A stretch of DNA of 64,000 nt from an uncultured Erysipelotrichaceae bacterium (GCA_900316365.1 ONCO01000001.1:3675-67674), one strand, 5' to 3'. Positions 27,523 to 37,926 are shown, counted from the first letter of the stretch. Notes: a model not told the origin generated them from the sequence alone. Translations and numbers: made by a program.

Positions 27523-29661
27523 ATGAATATGCAGCAAATGGGACCAGAAGATTATTCTCAGGATCCAGAAGTTTTAAATAAATTCGGCCGCGATGTTAAT
27601 CAGGCGGTCAAAGACGGCAAGATAGATCCAGTCATCGGGAGAGACGAAGAAATCCGCAAAGTGGTGGAGATTCTTGCCCGTAAGACTAAGAACAACGTTA
27701 TCCTTTTAGGCGAGCCAGGCGTTGGTAAGACTGCGATCGTCGAAGGTCTTGCCGAACGTATTGTCAAACATGACGTTCCATCAACCTTAGCTGATAAGAC
27801 CATCTATGAATTAGATATGGGCGCGCTTGTCGCCGGGGCTAAGTATCGCGGCGAATTCGAAGAGAGACTCAAAGCCGTCCTTAATAAGATTAAGGAGAGC
27901 AATGGCAAAATCATCCTCTTCATCGATGAGATTCACCTTATCGTCGGCGCAGGGCGCACCGATGGTGCGCTCGACGCCTCCAACATGCTTAAACCAATGC
28001 TCGCCCGCGGCGAGATTGATTGCATCGGCGCGACCACCCTTAACGAATATCGACTCTACATCGAGAAAGATAGGGCTTTGGAAAGACGTTTCCAGACCGT
28101 TATGATCAACGAACCGACGGTTGAGGATACGGTCACCATCCTTAGAGGTCTCAAAGAGAGATTCGAATCCTATCATGGCGTCAAGATCACCGATGGCGCC
28201 CTCGTGGCAGCCTCTGTGCTCTCTAACCGTTACATCACCAACCGCTTCTTGCCGGATAAGGCCATCGACTTAATCGATGAGGCCTGCGCGGGCATCAAAG
28301 TGGAGATCGCCTCCATGCCGGCGGAGCTTGATGAGCTTAATAGACGCATCCGTTCCTTGGAGGTCGAGAAAGTCGCCCTTAAGAAAGAAAACGATGAAAG
28401 CTCCAAACGCCGTCTCTTTGACCTTGAGGAAGAACTCTCCAAAGCCAAAGAGGAAAGCGCCAAGATGACCAAAGAATGGGAGGAGGAAAGAGCCGATATC
28501 GCCCAGTCCAAGTCCATCAAAGGCCAGATTGAAGAGGAGAATATCAAACTCCAAGACGCCTTCCTTCGCGGCGATTATCAGCTCGCCTCCAAGATCCAAT
28601 ACAAGGACATCCCGGACTTAAAGAAGACGCTTGCCGATATCGAAGAGAAACATAAAGGCAAAGAAAGACTCGTCGATGAAGTGGTGGACGAAGAATCCAT
28701 CGCTAGAATCGTCTCCAAGGCTACCGGCATTCCTGCCAATAAGATCGCTAAAGGCGATAGGGAGAAAGTCCTCTTCTTAAAGAAGACCCTCGCCGAAAGA
28801 GTCATCGGCCAGGATGAGGCCATCACCTTGGTCTCTAACGCCATCCTCCGTCAGAGGGCTGGCATCCAGAACCCTAACCGTCCAATCGGCTCCTTCCTTT
28901 TCCTTGGTCCGACTGGTGTTGGCAAAACCGAGGTCGCGAAGGCTTTAGCCGAAGACTTATTCGACGATGAGAATGCGATTATCCGTATCGATATGTCCGA
29001 ATATATGGAGCGTTATAGCGTCTCTCGCCTTATCGGCGCGGCCCCGGGCTACGTCGGCTATGAAGAAGGCGGTCAGCTCACTGAGAAAGTCAGAAGACGC
29101 CCATATTCGATCGTCCTCTTCGATGAAATCGAAAAGGCTAACCCAGAGGTCTTTAACCTCTTGCTCCAGATCCTCGATGATGGCCGCTTGACCGATTCCC
29201 AGGGTCACCTCGTCGACTTCAAGAACACGATCATCATCATGACCTCGAACCTTGGCTCCGAATACATCCTCTCTGGCAACAAGGCCCCGGTGGAGCAGTT
29301 ACTCCATAACACCTTTAAGCCAGAATTCCTTAACCGCATCGACGAGATCGTCTACTTCAATCCTCTTTCTAGAGACGTCCAGAAGGCGATCGTCGCGAAG
29401 ATGCTTAAGGAACTTAAGAAACGTTTATCCGGCCAATACTTCGACTTCGAATGGACCGACGCGCTTAAGGAAGCCATCCTCGACGCGGCCTATAGCCCTG
29501 AATTTGGCGCGAGACCTTTAAAGAGATACATCCAAGATAAGGTCGAAACCCCGATCGCGGAGAAGATCATCAAAGGCGAAGTCGAGCCAGAGAAGCCATA
29601 TGTCGTCGATAGCGATTCTAACGGCGGCATCGTCGTTTCTCCTCGAGCTTTGACGGCTTAA
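27523..29661 (+). CDS. clpB: ClpB disaggregase lacking the N-terminal domain
   Basis: Two AAA modules ([16 protein letters not shown]), coiled-coil M domain, GYVGYEEGG; begins just before DPVIGR. Confidence 0.92.
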   Translation: MNMQQMGPEDYSQDPEVLNKFGRDVNQAVKDGKIDPVIGRDEEIRKVVEILARKTKNNVILLGEPGVGKTAIVEGLAERIVKHDVPSTLADKTIYELDMGALVAGAKYRGEFEERLKAVLNKIKESNGKIILFIDEIHLIVGAGRTDGALDASNMLKPMLARGEIDCIGATTLNEYRLYIEKDRALERRFQTVMINEPTVEDTVTILRGLKERFESYHGVKITDGALVAASVLSNRYITNRFLPDKAIDLIDEACAGIKVEIASMPAELDELNRRIRSLEVEKVALKKENDESSKRRLFDLEEELSKAKEESAKMTKEWEEERADIAQSKSIKGQIEEENIKLQDAFLRGDYQLASKIQYKDIPDLKKTLADIEEKHKGKERLVDEVVDEESIARIVSKATGIPANKIAKGDREKVLFLKKTLAERVIGQDEAITLVSNAILRQRAGIQNPNRPIGSFLFLGPTGVGKTEVAKALAEDLFDDENAIIRIDMSEYMERYSVSRLIGAAPGYVGYEEGGQLTEKVRRRPYSIVLFDEIEKANPEVFNLLLQILDDGRLTDSQGHLVDFKNTIIIMTSNLGSEYILSGNKAPVEQLLHNTFKPEFLNRIDEIVYFNPLSRDVQKAIVAKMLKELKKRLSGQYFDFEWTDALKEAILDAAYSPEFGARPLKRYIQDKVETPIAEKIIKGEVEPEKPYVVDSDSNGGIVVSPRALTA

Positions 29662-29670
29662 CCTAGTCTA

Positions 29671-29704
29671 GGCCCCAAGCTTATACTTGGGGTCTTTTCT
29701 TTTT
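29671..29704 (+). terminator. Terminator after clpB
   Basis: GGCCCCAAG-N6-CTTGGGGTC + T-run. Confidence 0.75.
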
Positions 29705-29722
29705 GTCCTATAATTAGGTGAT

Positions 29723-30451
29723 ATGGATAACGAGATTTTAGCCCGTATCAGGCAGATTGTAAGAGATGCTAGATATGTTGTTTTTCTTGGTGGCGCGGGG
29801 GTCTCTACCGGAAGCGGCATCCCCGATTTCCGTTCTCCTCAAGGCATATATCATGTGAGGTCCAAATACGGCGTTCCTTATGAGGAGATGCTTTCGCATG
29901 ATTATTTCTATGAGCACCCAGAGACCTTCTATGAGTTCTATTGGGAATGCATGGTCAAGAAAGACGCGAAACCCAATAAAGCACATCTAGCTTTAGCCAA
30001 GTTTGAAAGGATGGGGCATAACATCTGCGTCATCACCCAAAACATCGATGGCTTACATCAAGACGCGGGTTCCCATATCGTCTTAGAGGTCCATGGCTCG
30101 ACGAAGAGATATTTCTGCCCAATATGCGGGAAGAGGTATTCATTAGACGAGATAACCCCGAAAGGGGTGCCGCATTGTTCCTGCGGGGCGATCCTTAAGC
30201 CTGACGTCGTCCTTTATGGGGAGCCGTTAGACGAAGACACCCTCACGAAGGCGATGGCGGCCACCATCCACGCGAACGTACTCATCATCGGGGGAACTTC
30301 GCTTAACGTCTATCCGTTCGCCTCTCTCCCAAGCTACTTCGAAGGGAGCACCAAAATCATCATCAACAAGGAAGAAACGGCCTACGATTCCAAGTGCGAT
30401 TACGTCATCCACGAGGATATCGGCGAGGTGCTTGAGCAAATCTTGTCCTAG
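29723..30451 (+). CDS. cobB: NAD-dependent protein deacylase (Sir2)
   Basis: GAGVSTGSGIPDFRS, TQNIDGLH, HGS, Zn-Cys, GTSL.VYP. Confidence 0.93.
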   Translation: MDNEILARIRQIVRDARYVVFLGGAGVSTGSGIPDFRSPQGIYHVRSKYGVPYEEMLSHDYFYEHPETFYEFYWECMVKKDAKPNKAHLALAKFERMGHNICVITQNIDGLHQDAGSHIVLEVHGSTKRYFCPICGKRYSLDEITPKGVPHCSCGAILKPDVVLYGEPLDEDTLTKAMAATIHANVLIIGGTSLNVYPFASLPSYFEGSTKIIINKEETAYDSKCDYVIHEDIGEVLEQILS

Positions 30452-30549
30452 GCAACTCTCTTAATAAGAGAGTCGAGAAGTTTGTCTAATTAAAGGAGGC
30501 GAGTTATAATCCGTCTCAAATAGCCCTGAACCAGGAGGAAAAACGTAGC

Positions 30550-30963
30550 ATGAGAAAAAAGACATTCATCATTGGCTGCGGCCGCCTCGGTAGCTCCATC
30601 GCTTTGGATGCCTACGCGAGAGGCGATAACGTCACGGTGATCGATATCGACGAGAATTCGTTCGATCGACTCAGTGACTCTTTTGCTGGCTATACCGAAG
30701 TCGCCGACGCGACCGATGCGAAAAGCCTTGAGGTTTTGGGCATCCACGACGTTACCGAACTCATCATCACGACCGGCAATGATAACGATAACCTCTTCAT
30801 TGCCCACCTCGCGAATAAGATTTACAACGTTCCGAATATCTATGTTCGTTTGAACAATCCAGAGGAACGCGCCCTTATCGAAGAAACCGGCATCAAAGCC
30901 ATTTATCCATTCCAGTTAAGCTTTGAAGCCTTCAGCAAACTCAAGAAGGAGGGCGAGAAATGA
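30550..30963 (+). CDS. TrkA-N (RCK_N-only) K+ uptake protein
   Basis: GCGRLG Rossmann motif, TGNDNDN. Confidence 0.85.
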   Translation: MRKKTFIIGCGRLGSSIALDAYARGDNVTVIDIDENSFDRLSDSFAGYTEVADATDAKSLEVLGIHDVTELIITTGNDNDNLFIAHLANKIYNVPNIYVRLNNPEERALIEETGIKAIYPFQLSFEAFSKLKKEGEK

Positions 30964-31814
30964 AAATAGTCATCGCTGGCGGTACCCACGAAGCTGAGTA
31001 CATCGTCCATATGTTCCATAAGCGTGGCAATAAGCTCGTCGTCATTAACCCATCCAAAGATGAGGCCAGCCTTTTGCTTGAGCGCGAATCAGTGCGTGTC
31101 TATGTCGGCGACCCATGGAAGGGTCACGTCCTCGAAGAGGCCGATGCCGAGGATGCGGATTTATTTATCTCCCTTTGCGATAGAGACACCGATAACTATG
31201 TTACCTGCCAGAACGCGAAGAAGCGTTTCGGCGCGAAGAGGTGCATCTGCGTCGTCAACAACCCGAATAACGTCGAACTTTATAAGCGTTTAGGCGTCGA
31301 TTCGGTCATTTCCTCTACTTACCTTTTAGGTAATTCCGTCCAGAACGAATCTTCCGTCGAGGACATCATCAGGTCCGTGGCCTTCGATAACAACCAGGTC
31401 ATGATGATCGAAATGAAGGTCCTCCCGAAATTCAAGATCGCCGAAAAGAAGATTATGGATCTCGACTTCCCGAAGTACGCCTCCATTTCCTGCATCGTCA
31501 GGAATGGCGAGGTCATCATTCCTAATGGTCAAGTCGCCATCCATGCGAACGATAAGCTCATGATCGTCTGCTCCCCAATGGATCAGAAGAGACTCACCGC
31601 TTGGCTCAAATTAGAGAAGAGCGAGGAAGAGCAGAAGGCCGAATTCAACGCCGAAATGGCCAGACAAAAGAAAGAGGCCGACGAGAAGAAGTGGGCTGCC
31701 GAGGCTAAAGCAAGAGCCAAAGAAGCCGCCAAATTGGCCGAAAAGAAGAAAGCTGCTCCGAAAAAGAAGAAAGCGGCCAGCAAAAAGAAACCAACATCCA
31801 AAAAGAAGAAATAA
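30960..31814 (+). CDS. trkA: TrkA-family protein (RCK_N + RCK_C) with Lys/Ala-rich tail
   Basis: LGVDSVIS, IVRNGEVIIPNG; C-terminal KKKAAPKKKK. Confidence 0.85.
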   Translation: MKIVIAGGTHEAEYIVHMFHKRGNKLVVINPSKDEASLLLERESVRVYVGDPWKGHVLEEADAEDADLFISLCDRDTDNYVTCQNAKKRFGAKRCICVVNNPNNVELYKRLGVDSVISSTYLLGNSVQNESSVEDIIRSVAFDNNQVMMIEMKVLPKFKIAEKKIMDLDFPKYASISCIVRNGEVIIPNGQVAIHANDKLMIVCSPMDQKRLTAWLKLEKSEEEQKAEFNAEMARQKKEADEKKWAAEAKARAKEAAKLAEKKKAAPKKKKAASKKKPTSKKKK

Positions 31815-31830
31815 CTAGGTTGTTTTATCT

Positions 31831-33606
31831 ATGAAACTCAAAGCGTTGCTAAAACGTAAGAATGCAGGCACCGCTAGGGGCTGGCGCTTAATCGCCGGCT
31901 ACTTAGGCGCTTTCCTCATGCTCATTGGGGCCATCGTCTTGATACCGATGGTCATGATGATCTTTTTCCCAAGGGAAAGCGCGGCTTGGGCCTCTTTCCT
32001 CATCACGGGTTTAAGCGCCATCATAATCGGCTTCCTTGTTTACTATTTCTGCTTAGCAGGGGCCGAGAAAGGAAAACTAGAGAAACACCAAGACGCCTTG
32101 TTGTTGGTGCTCCTTTGGTTGATGGCCTTAATAATTGGCGCTTTCCCATTCTTCTTACATGGCTATTTGTCCCCAGGAGCCTATAGGTATTCCTTCATTG
32201 AGTGCTTATTCGAATCTACTTCTGGCTTTACCACCACGGGCTTATCCGTCTACCGTCATTTCTTAGACTGCTACATGGATTCCGCGGGCGAGTGGCATGA
32301 GATTGGCGTGGGGGCCGATGCGGAACTTATTAAAGCTTCCCTCGCCGCGAACTGCCCGCATATCTTCATCTTCTATCGCTCCGTCCTTCATTTCTTCGGC
32401 GGCGTAGGCCTTGTCTTAATCGCCGCGAGCGCGATTTCCGATGCGCACGGCATGAAGCTATACACCGCGGAAGGCCATAACGATAAACTCCTTCCTAACT
32501 TAAAGAAGAGCTCCCGTTTGATCCTCACCATCTACGCGGGCTATATCTTGGCCGGCACGATCGCCTTATGGCTATTCGGTATGGATTGGTTCGACGCTCT
32601 CCAGCATTCCGTCGCGGCCCTTGCTACCGGCGGCTTATCTTCTAGAAGCACGTCCTTCTATTACTTCCTTAACCCGGAAACGATTTCCACCTATGAAGCC
32701 GCGTATAAAGGCATTAGCAGTGGATGCATCTTCTCTAACCTCTCTGGCTTTAACGGCATCACTCCGGTCAACACCATGGGCATGGAGATCGTCGGTATCG
32801 TCCTTATGTTCCTTGGTGCCACGAACTTCGTCATCCACACCGAGCTATTTACCGCCAAATTCAAACAGTTCTTCCGCGATATCGAGATCAGGTTCGTCGC
32901 CTTATTGCTCGCAGTCGGCATCCCTCTCATGCTTATCGGCACATTGTCGCAGTGGAGTGGTGATGGCACTATCAGCTTCGGTACCGCTCTCCGTTATGCG
33001 ATATTCCAATTCGTCTCTTGCTTAACCACGACCGGCTTCTCCAACGTCAAGACGATCGTCTATTTAGGTCCAAGCGTACTCTTCCTCTCCGTCGTTACGA
33101 TGAGTATCGGTGGCGGAATGGGTTCGACCGGCGGTGGTCTAAAGCAATTTAGAACCGCGATCTGCTTAAAAGAGGTCTGGCTTGAGATTAAGTATCATTC
33201 CTCGCCTAAGCGCATGCTCATCCCGAAACCATTCTACCGTTTCGGCGTTAAGAGACAGCTTAGCGATGCCGAATTCAAGGACGCCTCGCAGTATACGACC
33301 GTATATGTGGCGATGATTCTCATCGGCACCGTCTTCTTGGCGTTATTGCCAACCGTTACCTTTGACCAGGCTATCTATGAAGTTTCCTCCGCCATCTCTG
33401 GCACCGGCAACTCCATGATCGACTTCCTTAAGTACTTCGGCGAAGCAAGCGCCGCCAACAGGATCTGGTCCTATAACCTATTATTAATAATTCTCGTTAT
33501 CTATATGTACCTTGGCCGTTTGGAAATTCTCCCGGTCTTCTATGCCGCGAGTTATGTCTTCCAGCCAAGCCGTGGGGCAACGAGAACTGGAGGAGAAATT
33601 AACTAA
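31831..33606 (+). CDS. trkH: TrkH-family K+ uptake permease
   Basis: FESTSGFTTTG, ATGG, TTTGF, GSTGGGLK, YLGRLE. Confidence 0.92.
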   Translation: MKLKALLKRKNAGTARGWRLIAGYLGAFLMLIGAIVLIPMVMMIFFPRESAAWASFLITGLSAIIIGFLVYYFCLAGAEKGKLEKHQDALLLVLLWLMALIIGAFPFFLHGYLSPGAYRYSFIECLFESTSGFTTTGLSVYRHFLDCYMDSAGEWHEIGVGADAELIKASLAANCPHIFIFYRSVLHFFGGVGLVLIAASAISDAHGMKLYTAEGHNDKLLPNLKKSSRLILTIYAGYILAGTIALWLFGMDWFDALQHSVAALATGGLSSRSTSFYYFLNPETISTYEAAYKGISSGCIFSNLSGFNGITPVNTMGMEIVGIVLMFLGATNFVIHTELFTAKFKQFFRDIEIRFVALLLAVGIPLMLIGTLSQWSGDGTISFGTALRYAIFQFVSCLTTTGFSNVKTIVYLGPSVLFLSVVTMSIGGGMGSTGGGLKQFRTAICLKEVWLEIKYHSSPKRMLIPKPFYRFGVKRQLSDAEFKDASQYTTVYVAMILIGTVFLALLPTVTFDQAIYEVSSAISGTGNSMIDFLKYFGEASAANRIWSYNLLLIILVIYMYLGRLEILPVFYAASYVFQPSRGATRTGGEIN

Positions 33607-33607
33607 A

Positions 33608-34021
33608 ATGCTTATCCAAGACATCAAAAAAGCCAACATCGAGGCCATGAAGGCCCATGACGCCGACAAAAGAGGCGCCTATTCCATCGTCATCTCCCGT
33701 TATCAGACCTTAGCCACTTCCGGCAAAGGCGAGCCAACTGATGCGGATGTTATCCAGATCATCCAGAAGCTCGGCAAGGAATTAGATGAGGAGAGGGAGG
33801 GCTATCTCAAGGCTGGTCGCGAAGAAAGCGCCGCCAAGATCGCCGCCCAGAAAGAAGCCATCTCCGCCTTCCTTCCAAAGCAGTTAAGCGAAGAGGAAAT
33901 CAAGAATATCATCCTCGGACTTGATGATCGTTCCATCCCAGCGGTCATGAAACACTTCACTTTGAATTACAAAGGGCAGTGCGATATGGGCTTAGTCTCT
34001 AGGCTTGCCAAGACTCTCTAA
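33608..34021 (+). CDS. yqeY: GatB/YqeY domain protein
   Basis: EAMKA.D, KAGRE, FLPKQLSEEEI. Confidence 0.85.
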   Translation: MLIQDIKKANIEAMKAHDADKRGAYSIVISRYQTLATSGKGEPTDADVIQIIQKLGKELDEEREGYLKAGREESAAKIAAQKEAISAFLPKQLSEEEIKNIILGLDDRSIPAVMKHFTLNYKGQCDMGLVSRLAKTL

Positions 34022-34108
34022 AATAACCTTTTCTAGGCGTCCTGATATCGGGGCGCTTTTTTTCTTTTCCTGCGATAAGAACCTAGTTTTGAACGCGTGC
34101 TATTTTAT

Positions 34109-34122
34109 ATGAATCGATTCAT
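34109..34122. promoter_or_regulatory. LacI/cre-like perfect palindrome
   Basis: ATGAATCGATTCAT upstream of the CBM-like lipoprotein gene. Confidence 0.5.
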
Positions 34123-34330
34123 TTAAACCAAAAAAATGAAAAAGTCAAAATACTGAAATAATGCATGAAACAAAGGCAAAAACAATGAAAAATGATATTA
34201 AATGTTGATATTCCTACCAAAATGAAATATATTTTAGGAAATGAACAAGCATCTTCCAGAGGCCTGCGAAGTTTATTTTTCGTTTACACCTTTAAAGATG
34301 CAAAAATTCTTCAATGAAAGGAAATTAGAG

Positions 34331-35833
34331 ATGAAGAAAAGAAAAGTAGTTGTACCATTTATGGCTTTTATGCTCATGGCCGGCTTAGCTGCTTGCACTA
34401 GCGAAGCGCAAAAGTCAGTCGTCGAAGGAAGCACACCTGGTACTTCCGCATCCGCTCCAAAACCGAGCTCTTCGGCGCTTCCAAAACTCGCCGTCACCGC
34501 CGCTAAAAACAGCATCATGGTAGAAGAGACCACGACTGTTAGCTGCGAAGTCGCTGGTGTCACTTGGACTACCAGTGATGCCAAGGTCGCCACTGTTAAC
34601 GATGCTGGTGTTGTCACCGGCGTCGCCGCTGGCACCGTCACCATCACCGCGAAAAAAGAAGGCTACAAGAATGGCAGTGTTTCCATCGCCGTTACCAGAC
34701 CAGCCGCTATCGCGACTCTCCATATGGAAGATGCCCTTCACGAATCTGCCGATGGGTGGTGGGGCTCTAGCTCCATGGGACAGGAGCGCGGTCCTGGCGC
34801 TACCCCAATCTATAGCAAAGCCGCCGCTTCCGATGGTACCTGCATCGCCTACTTTGGTCAGGGCGATAAAGAAACTTTGACCTTCACTTCCAGCGCCGTC
34901 GCCAAAGTCGAATTGGTCTTGACCATGGGTTCCTCCAGTTCCGTTGAGGATCTAAGCACCGTCATGAGCGCTAAGTTCAACGATGCCGATCTTTCCCTTG
35001 CTGGCGTCGCCTATGAATCCGAGGGCTCCGATTACACCTTCCAGGGCGTATCTCTCGGCTATGTTAACCTCAAAGCCGGCGATAACGTCCTTGAGCTCTC
35101 CATGCTTGGCTCCACCCCATATCTTGATGACCTCGTGATCCATTCCAAACAGACCGCGACCATCGCCGTTAAGGCAGCCACCATGGGCACAATCGCTCTT
35201 ACTGGCATTCCAGAAGATAACACTATCACCATCGAAGCCGAGCAGACTTCTCAGCTCACTTGCCCGACCGCTGGCGTGTCTTATATCACGTCTAACGAAG
35301 CCGTTGCCATCGTTAGCGAAACCGGCCTTATCACCGGTGTCGCCAAAGGCAATTGCAACATCACCGTTAAAAAGTCCGGCATGTATTCCGCCAGAGTAAA
35401 AGTCGTTGTCACCGAAAAGGTCAATCCTGGTGAAATCAAGGTCGAAGCCGAATCTGGCATCGGGGAAGGAAGCACCATCACCACCAGAAATACGAGCACA
35501 GGCGAGACCATCACCAATGCTTGGCCGGTCGATGCGGTCTTAACCCTTAAGTTCCAGGCCACCGAAGCCAAAGCCATGAAGCTCATCATGAATGCTAGAG
35601 GCACCCCAGGCGTCGAAGGCGGTTACAATGCCAATGATGTCGATCTCTCTACCGCGATCGAGCTCAAGTTTAACAATGCTAAGTTGAATCTCACCGGTAC
35701 CGTCACTGGAAGAAGCAACGCTGACTATGAACTCGGCGTTGTTACCACCCAGGTTGGTGAAAATACCATCACCATCACCAACAAGGAAGCTGCTCCGGCA
35801 ATCGATTTCTTCAAATTAGTTCCGAACGCTTAA
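34331..35833 (+). CDS. Lipoprotein with alternating Big_2 and CBM6/35-like domains
   Basis: LAAC lipobox; (Ig - MEDA/VEAES...LKAGDN..YLD/AIDFF) repeated twice; no catalytic domain evident. Confidence 0.8.
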   Translation: MKKRKVVVPFMAFMLMAGLAACTSEAQKSVVEGSTPGTSASAPKPSSSALPKLAVTAAKNSIMVEETTTVSCEVAGVTWTTSDAKVATVNDAGVVTGVAAGTVTITAKKEGYKNGSVSIAVTRPAAIATLHMEDALHESADGWWGSSSMGQERGPGATPIYSKAAASDGTCIAYFGQGDKETLTFTSSAVAKVELVLTMGSSSSVEDLSTVMSAKFNDADLSLAGVAYESEGSDYTFQGVSLGYVNLKAGDNVLELSMLGSTPYLDDLVIHSKQTATIAVKAATMGTIALTGIPEDNTITIEAEQTSQLTCPTAGVSYITSNEAVAIVSETGLITGVAKGNCNITVKKSGMYSARVKVVVTEKVNPGEIKVEAESGIGEGSTITTRNTSTGETITNAWPVDAVLTLKFQATEAKAMKLIMNARGTPGVEGGYNANDVDLSTAIELKFNNAKLNLTGTVTGRSNADYELGVVTTQVGENTITITNKEAAPAIDFFKLVPNA

Positions 35834-35941
35834 CTGCTTCTCCTTTCTTTCTGCTTAGGCTCTCTGGTTAACAGAGGGCCTTTGCTTTTATTTACTTGAA
35901 AGCAGCGGTGCCTGCTTATATAATTGCACATGCTGAAACCT

Positions 35942-36015
35942 AGGGGCTTGGTTCAGTGGTAGAACAGAGGTCTCCAAAACCTTTGATGAGGGTTCGATTC
36001 CTTCAGCCCCTGCCA
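35942..36015 (+). tRNA. tRNA-Trp (CCA)
   Basis: AGGGGCT/AGCCCCT stem, CT-CCA-AA loop, GTTCGA, GCCA end. Confidence 0.97.
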
Positions 36016-36022
36016 CGCAACA

Positions 36023-36041
36023 AATCGGCGTCGAAAGACGC
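36023..36041 (+). repeat. 19-bp direct repeat/terminator, copy 1
   Basis: AATCGGCGTCGAAAGACGC, identical to 37058-37076; followed by T-run. Confidence 0.8.
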
Positions 36042-36168
36042 CTTTTTTGTTGGTGGCATGGGGCTGATTATGCGTTGTGTTCCCTACGGACTTTTCCCTG
36101 CCAACCTTCGATAAAAAAAGTTGATCCACCATGTTATTGGTTCCCTCGCTCGCTTATAATGAATAACC

Positions 36169-37047
36169 ATGGAACGTCAAAATCTACTTGGCACAAAAAC
36201 CAAAACCATTTTCGCAGTACTAATCATCTATCTCATTTGCTTCTCTTTTAGAGTGTTGGAGTATTTCGTAATAAGAACGGATCAAACCTTCTTCGGCGAG
36301 GCTTTTATCCACAAATTGATCGGGATTGCCATTCTCGTTGGAGCGGCCCTCTTGTTCCAATACAAATTCTCGGAACTTGGCATAAAGACCGGTAAGGCAT
36401 TCCTAGATATCTTAAAAGGTATCGCCTTCGGTTTAGGCGTCTTCGTTTTGTCCTATGGCGTTGAGATCCTTATATTGGCCGCCAGCAAAGAATTCCAAGG
36501 ATTGGAGTTCTATGTTTCCGCTTATTCGGTCAACGGCAATCAAGGCAAACGAACAGAGTTTATCTTTTTCTTCTTCTGCATCGTCGGCAATATCATCAAT
36601 GTCATGATGGAGGAAGGCGTCTTTAGGGGGCTTTTCCAAAAGATGCTTGGCGACAAATGCAAGTTCGTCGTCGCAGCGATTATCGCCTCTGCCTTATTCG
36701 GCGTGTGGCACATCATGTCCCCATTAAGGGGCTATATCGATGGCGAGATGAGCCTAGGCGGCTTCATTGCTAATTCGTGCTTACTTATCGGCACATCCGC
36801 TTTGGTGGGCTTTAAATTCGCGTTAATCGGCAAAATGACCGGCAACTTATATATGGCGATGGGCGACCACTTCGTGAATAACACCATCGTGAATATCCTT
36901 CACGTAATCTCCACCGAAGAAGCCGATCACCTTATGACCGTTAGGATCACGATCGCCCAGTCTGTTTCCTTTGTCATTGTGCTGGTTTGGTATTTAATCA
37001 TCTACTTCAAGAACAAGCATAAACCTATCGAAACTCAGGCTGCCTAA
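36169..37047 (+). CDS. CPBP (CAAX/Abi) intramembrane metalloprotease
   Basis: EEGVFRG, FGVWH, HFVNN motifs; multi-TM. Confidence 0.9.
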   Translation: MERQNLLGTKTKTIFAVLIIYLICFSFRVLEYFVIRTDQTFFGEAFIHKLIGIAILVGAALLFQYKFSELGIKTGKAFLDILKGIAFGLGVFVLSYGVEILILAASKEFQGLEFYVSAYSVNGNQGKRTEFIFFFFCIVGNIINVMMEEGVFRGLFQKMLGDKCKFVVAAIIASALFGVWHIMSPLRGYIDGEMSLGGFIANSCLLIGTSALVGFKFALIGKMTGNLYMAMGDHFVNNTIVNILHVISTEEADHLMTVRITIAQSVSFVIVLVWYLIIYFKNKHKPIETQAA

Positions 37048-37057
37048 GCAAAGAATC

Positions 37058-37076
37058 AATCGGCGTCGAAAGACGC
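37058..37076 (+). repeat. 19-bp direct repeat/terminator, copy 2
   Basis: Identical to 36023-36041. Confidence 0.8.
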
Positions 37077-37140
37077 TTTTTTTCGTTTTTGCTGCCAAAA
37101 AACCTTTTTGTCTACTACTTACTAAGCAGGAGAGCAAAAA

Positions 37141-37887
37141 ATGGACAACACTAAAATTTCCGAATACAAAATGAGAGACTCATTCCACAACAAACGTTTT
37201 GGAGACCTCACCGATAGGCAAAAGGAATTGATAAGGCGGTTTCACCCAACAATAAGCGATGATCAAATCTTAAATTGCGATCTGTGTAATCGTTATTCCA
37301 AACCTGACATCTATGTTTCAGTAGGAAGTTCGATGACCTATTTATCCTTAAAAGACGGCCGAAGCGACTCTTTACACTTCGAATCGGTCAAAGGCATTGT
37401 TTTGTTTTTAAGATCGTTAGGCGTTTCCGCGAAAACCCAGAAAACCATCCTTCTTTTCCATTATGGAGACGGAACCTTGGATGGCAGCGGCCAGAAGCGC
37501 ATCCTTTTCGAAGACCTGCTACCAAAGCTATCTTCAAGGCTAAAAGAAGCAAACGAGGAACTGGGCCAAAGGAATATCGTCGATGCCTGTTTGGAACGCT
37601 TCATGTTTTCGGGGACTGAGAATAGGCGACAGGGGATCGATGCCGTCGTCTTTGGTTCGCCGGATTGCCCGGTCTACGCGACGAAAGACGAAATTCGGGA
37701 CGCGGTGTTAAACCGGCACTTCCGCCATATCCGCACCCTTCACATCGGGCCAATGACCCTTCAGCCGTATTTAAGGGACGTCAATCGGAAGAGCAAACAC
37801 CCAGAGAAGCGAGAAGTAGTTCAGGTGAAATGGCATTATCTTCTGACCGACATCGAGAAGATCGAAGCCGCAAGAAACCGCGGATAA
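37141..37887 (+). CDS. Restriction-endonuclease-like PD-(D/E)XK protein
   Basis: KPDIYV...YLSLK...SLHFE, C-terminal QVKW; no adjacent methyltransferase. Confidence 0.6.
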   Translation: MDNTKISEYKMRDSFHNKRFGDLTDRQKELIRRFHPTISDDQILNCDLCNRYSKPDIYVSVGSSMTYLSLKDGRSDSLHFESVKGIVLFLRSLGVSAKTQKTILLFHYGDGTLDGSGQKRILFEDLLPKLSSRLKEANEELGQRNIVDACLERFMFSGTENRRQGIDAVVFGSPDCPVYATKDEIRDAVLNRHFRHIRTLHIGPMTLQPYLRDVNRKSKHPEKREVVQVKWHYLLTDIEKIEAARNRG

Positions 37888-37892
37888 TGAAA

Positions 37893-37912
37893 AGACCACC
37901 CGAAGGTGGTCT
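37893..37912. terminator. Hairpin between convergent genes
   Basis: AGACCACC-CGAA-GGTGGTCT. Confidence 0.65.
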
Positions 37913-37926
37913 AGTTTGCCAATGGC

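Noticed and set aside
30452-30549. c-di-AMP riboswitch upstream of the trk genes
   Set aside because: Region is too short and holds only a simple hairpin (ACTCTCTTA/TAAGAGAGT)
35942-36015. UGA-recoding (genetic code 4) tRNA-Trp
   Set aside because: The anticodon is CCA and many genes end cleanly at TGA
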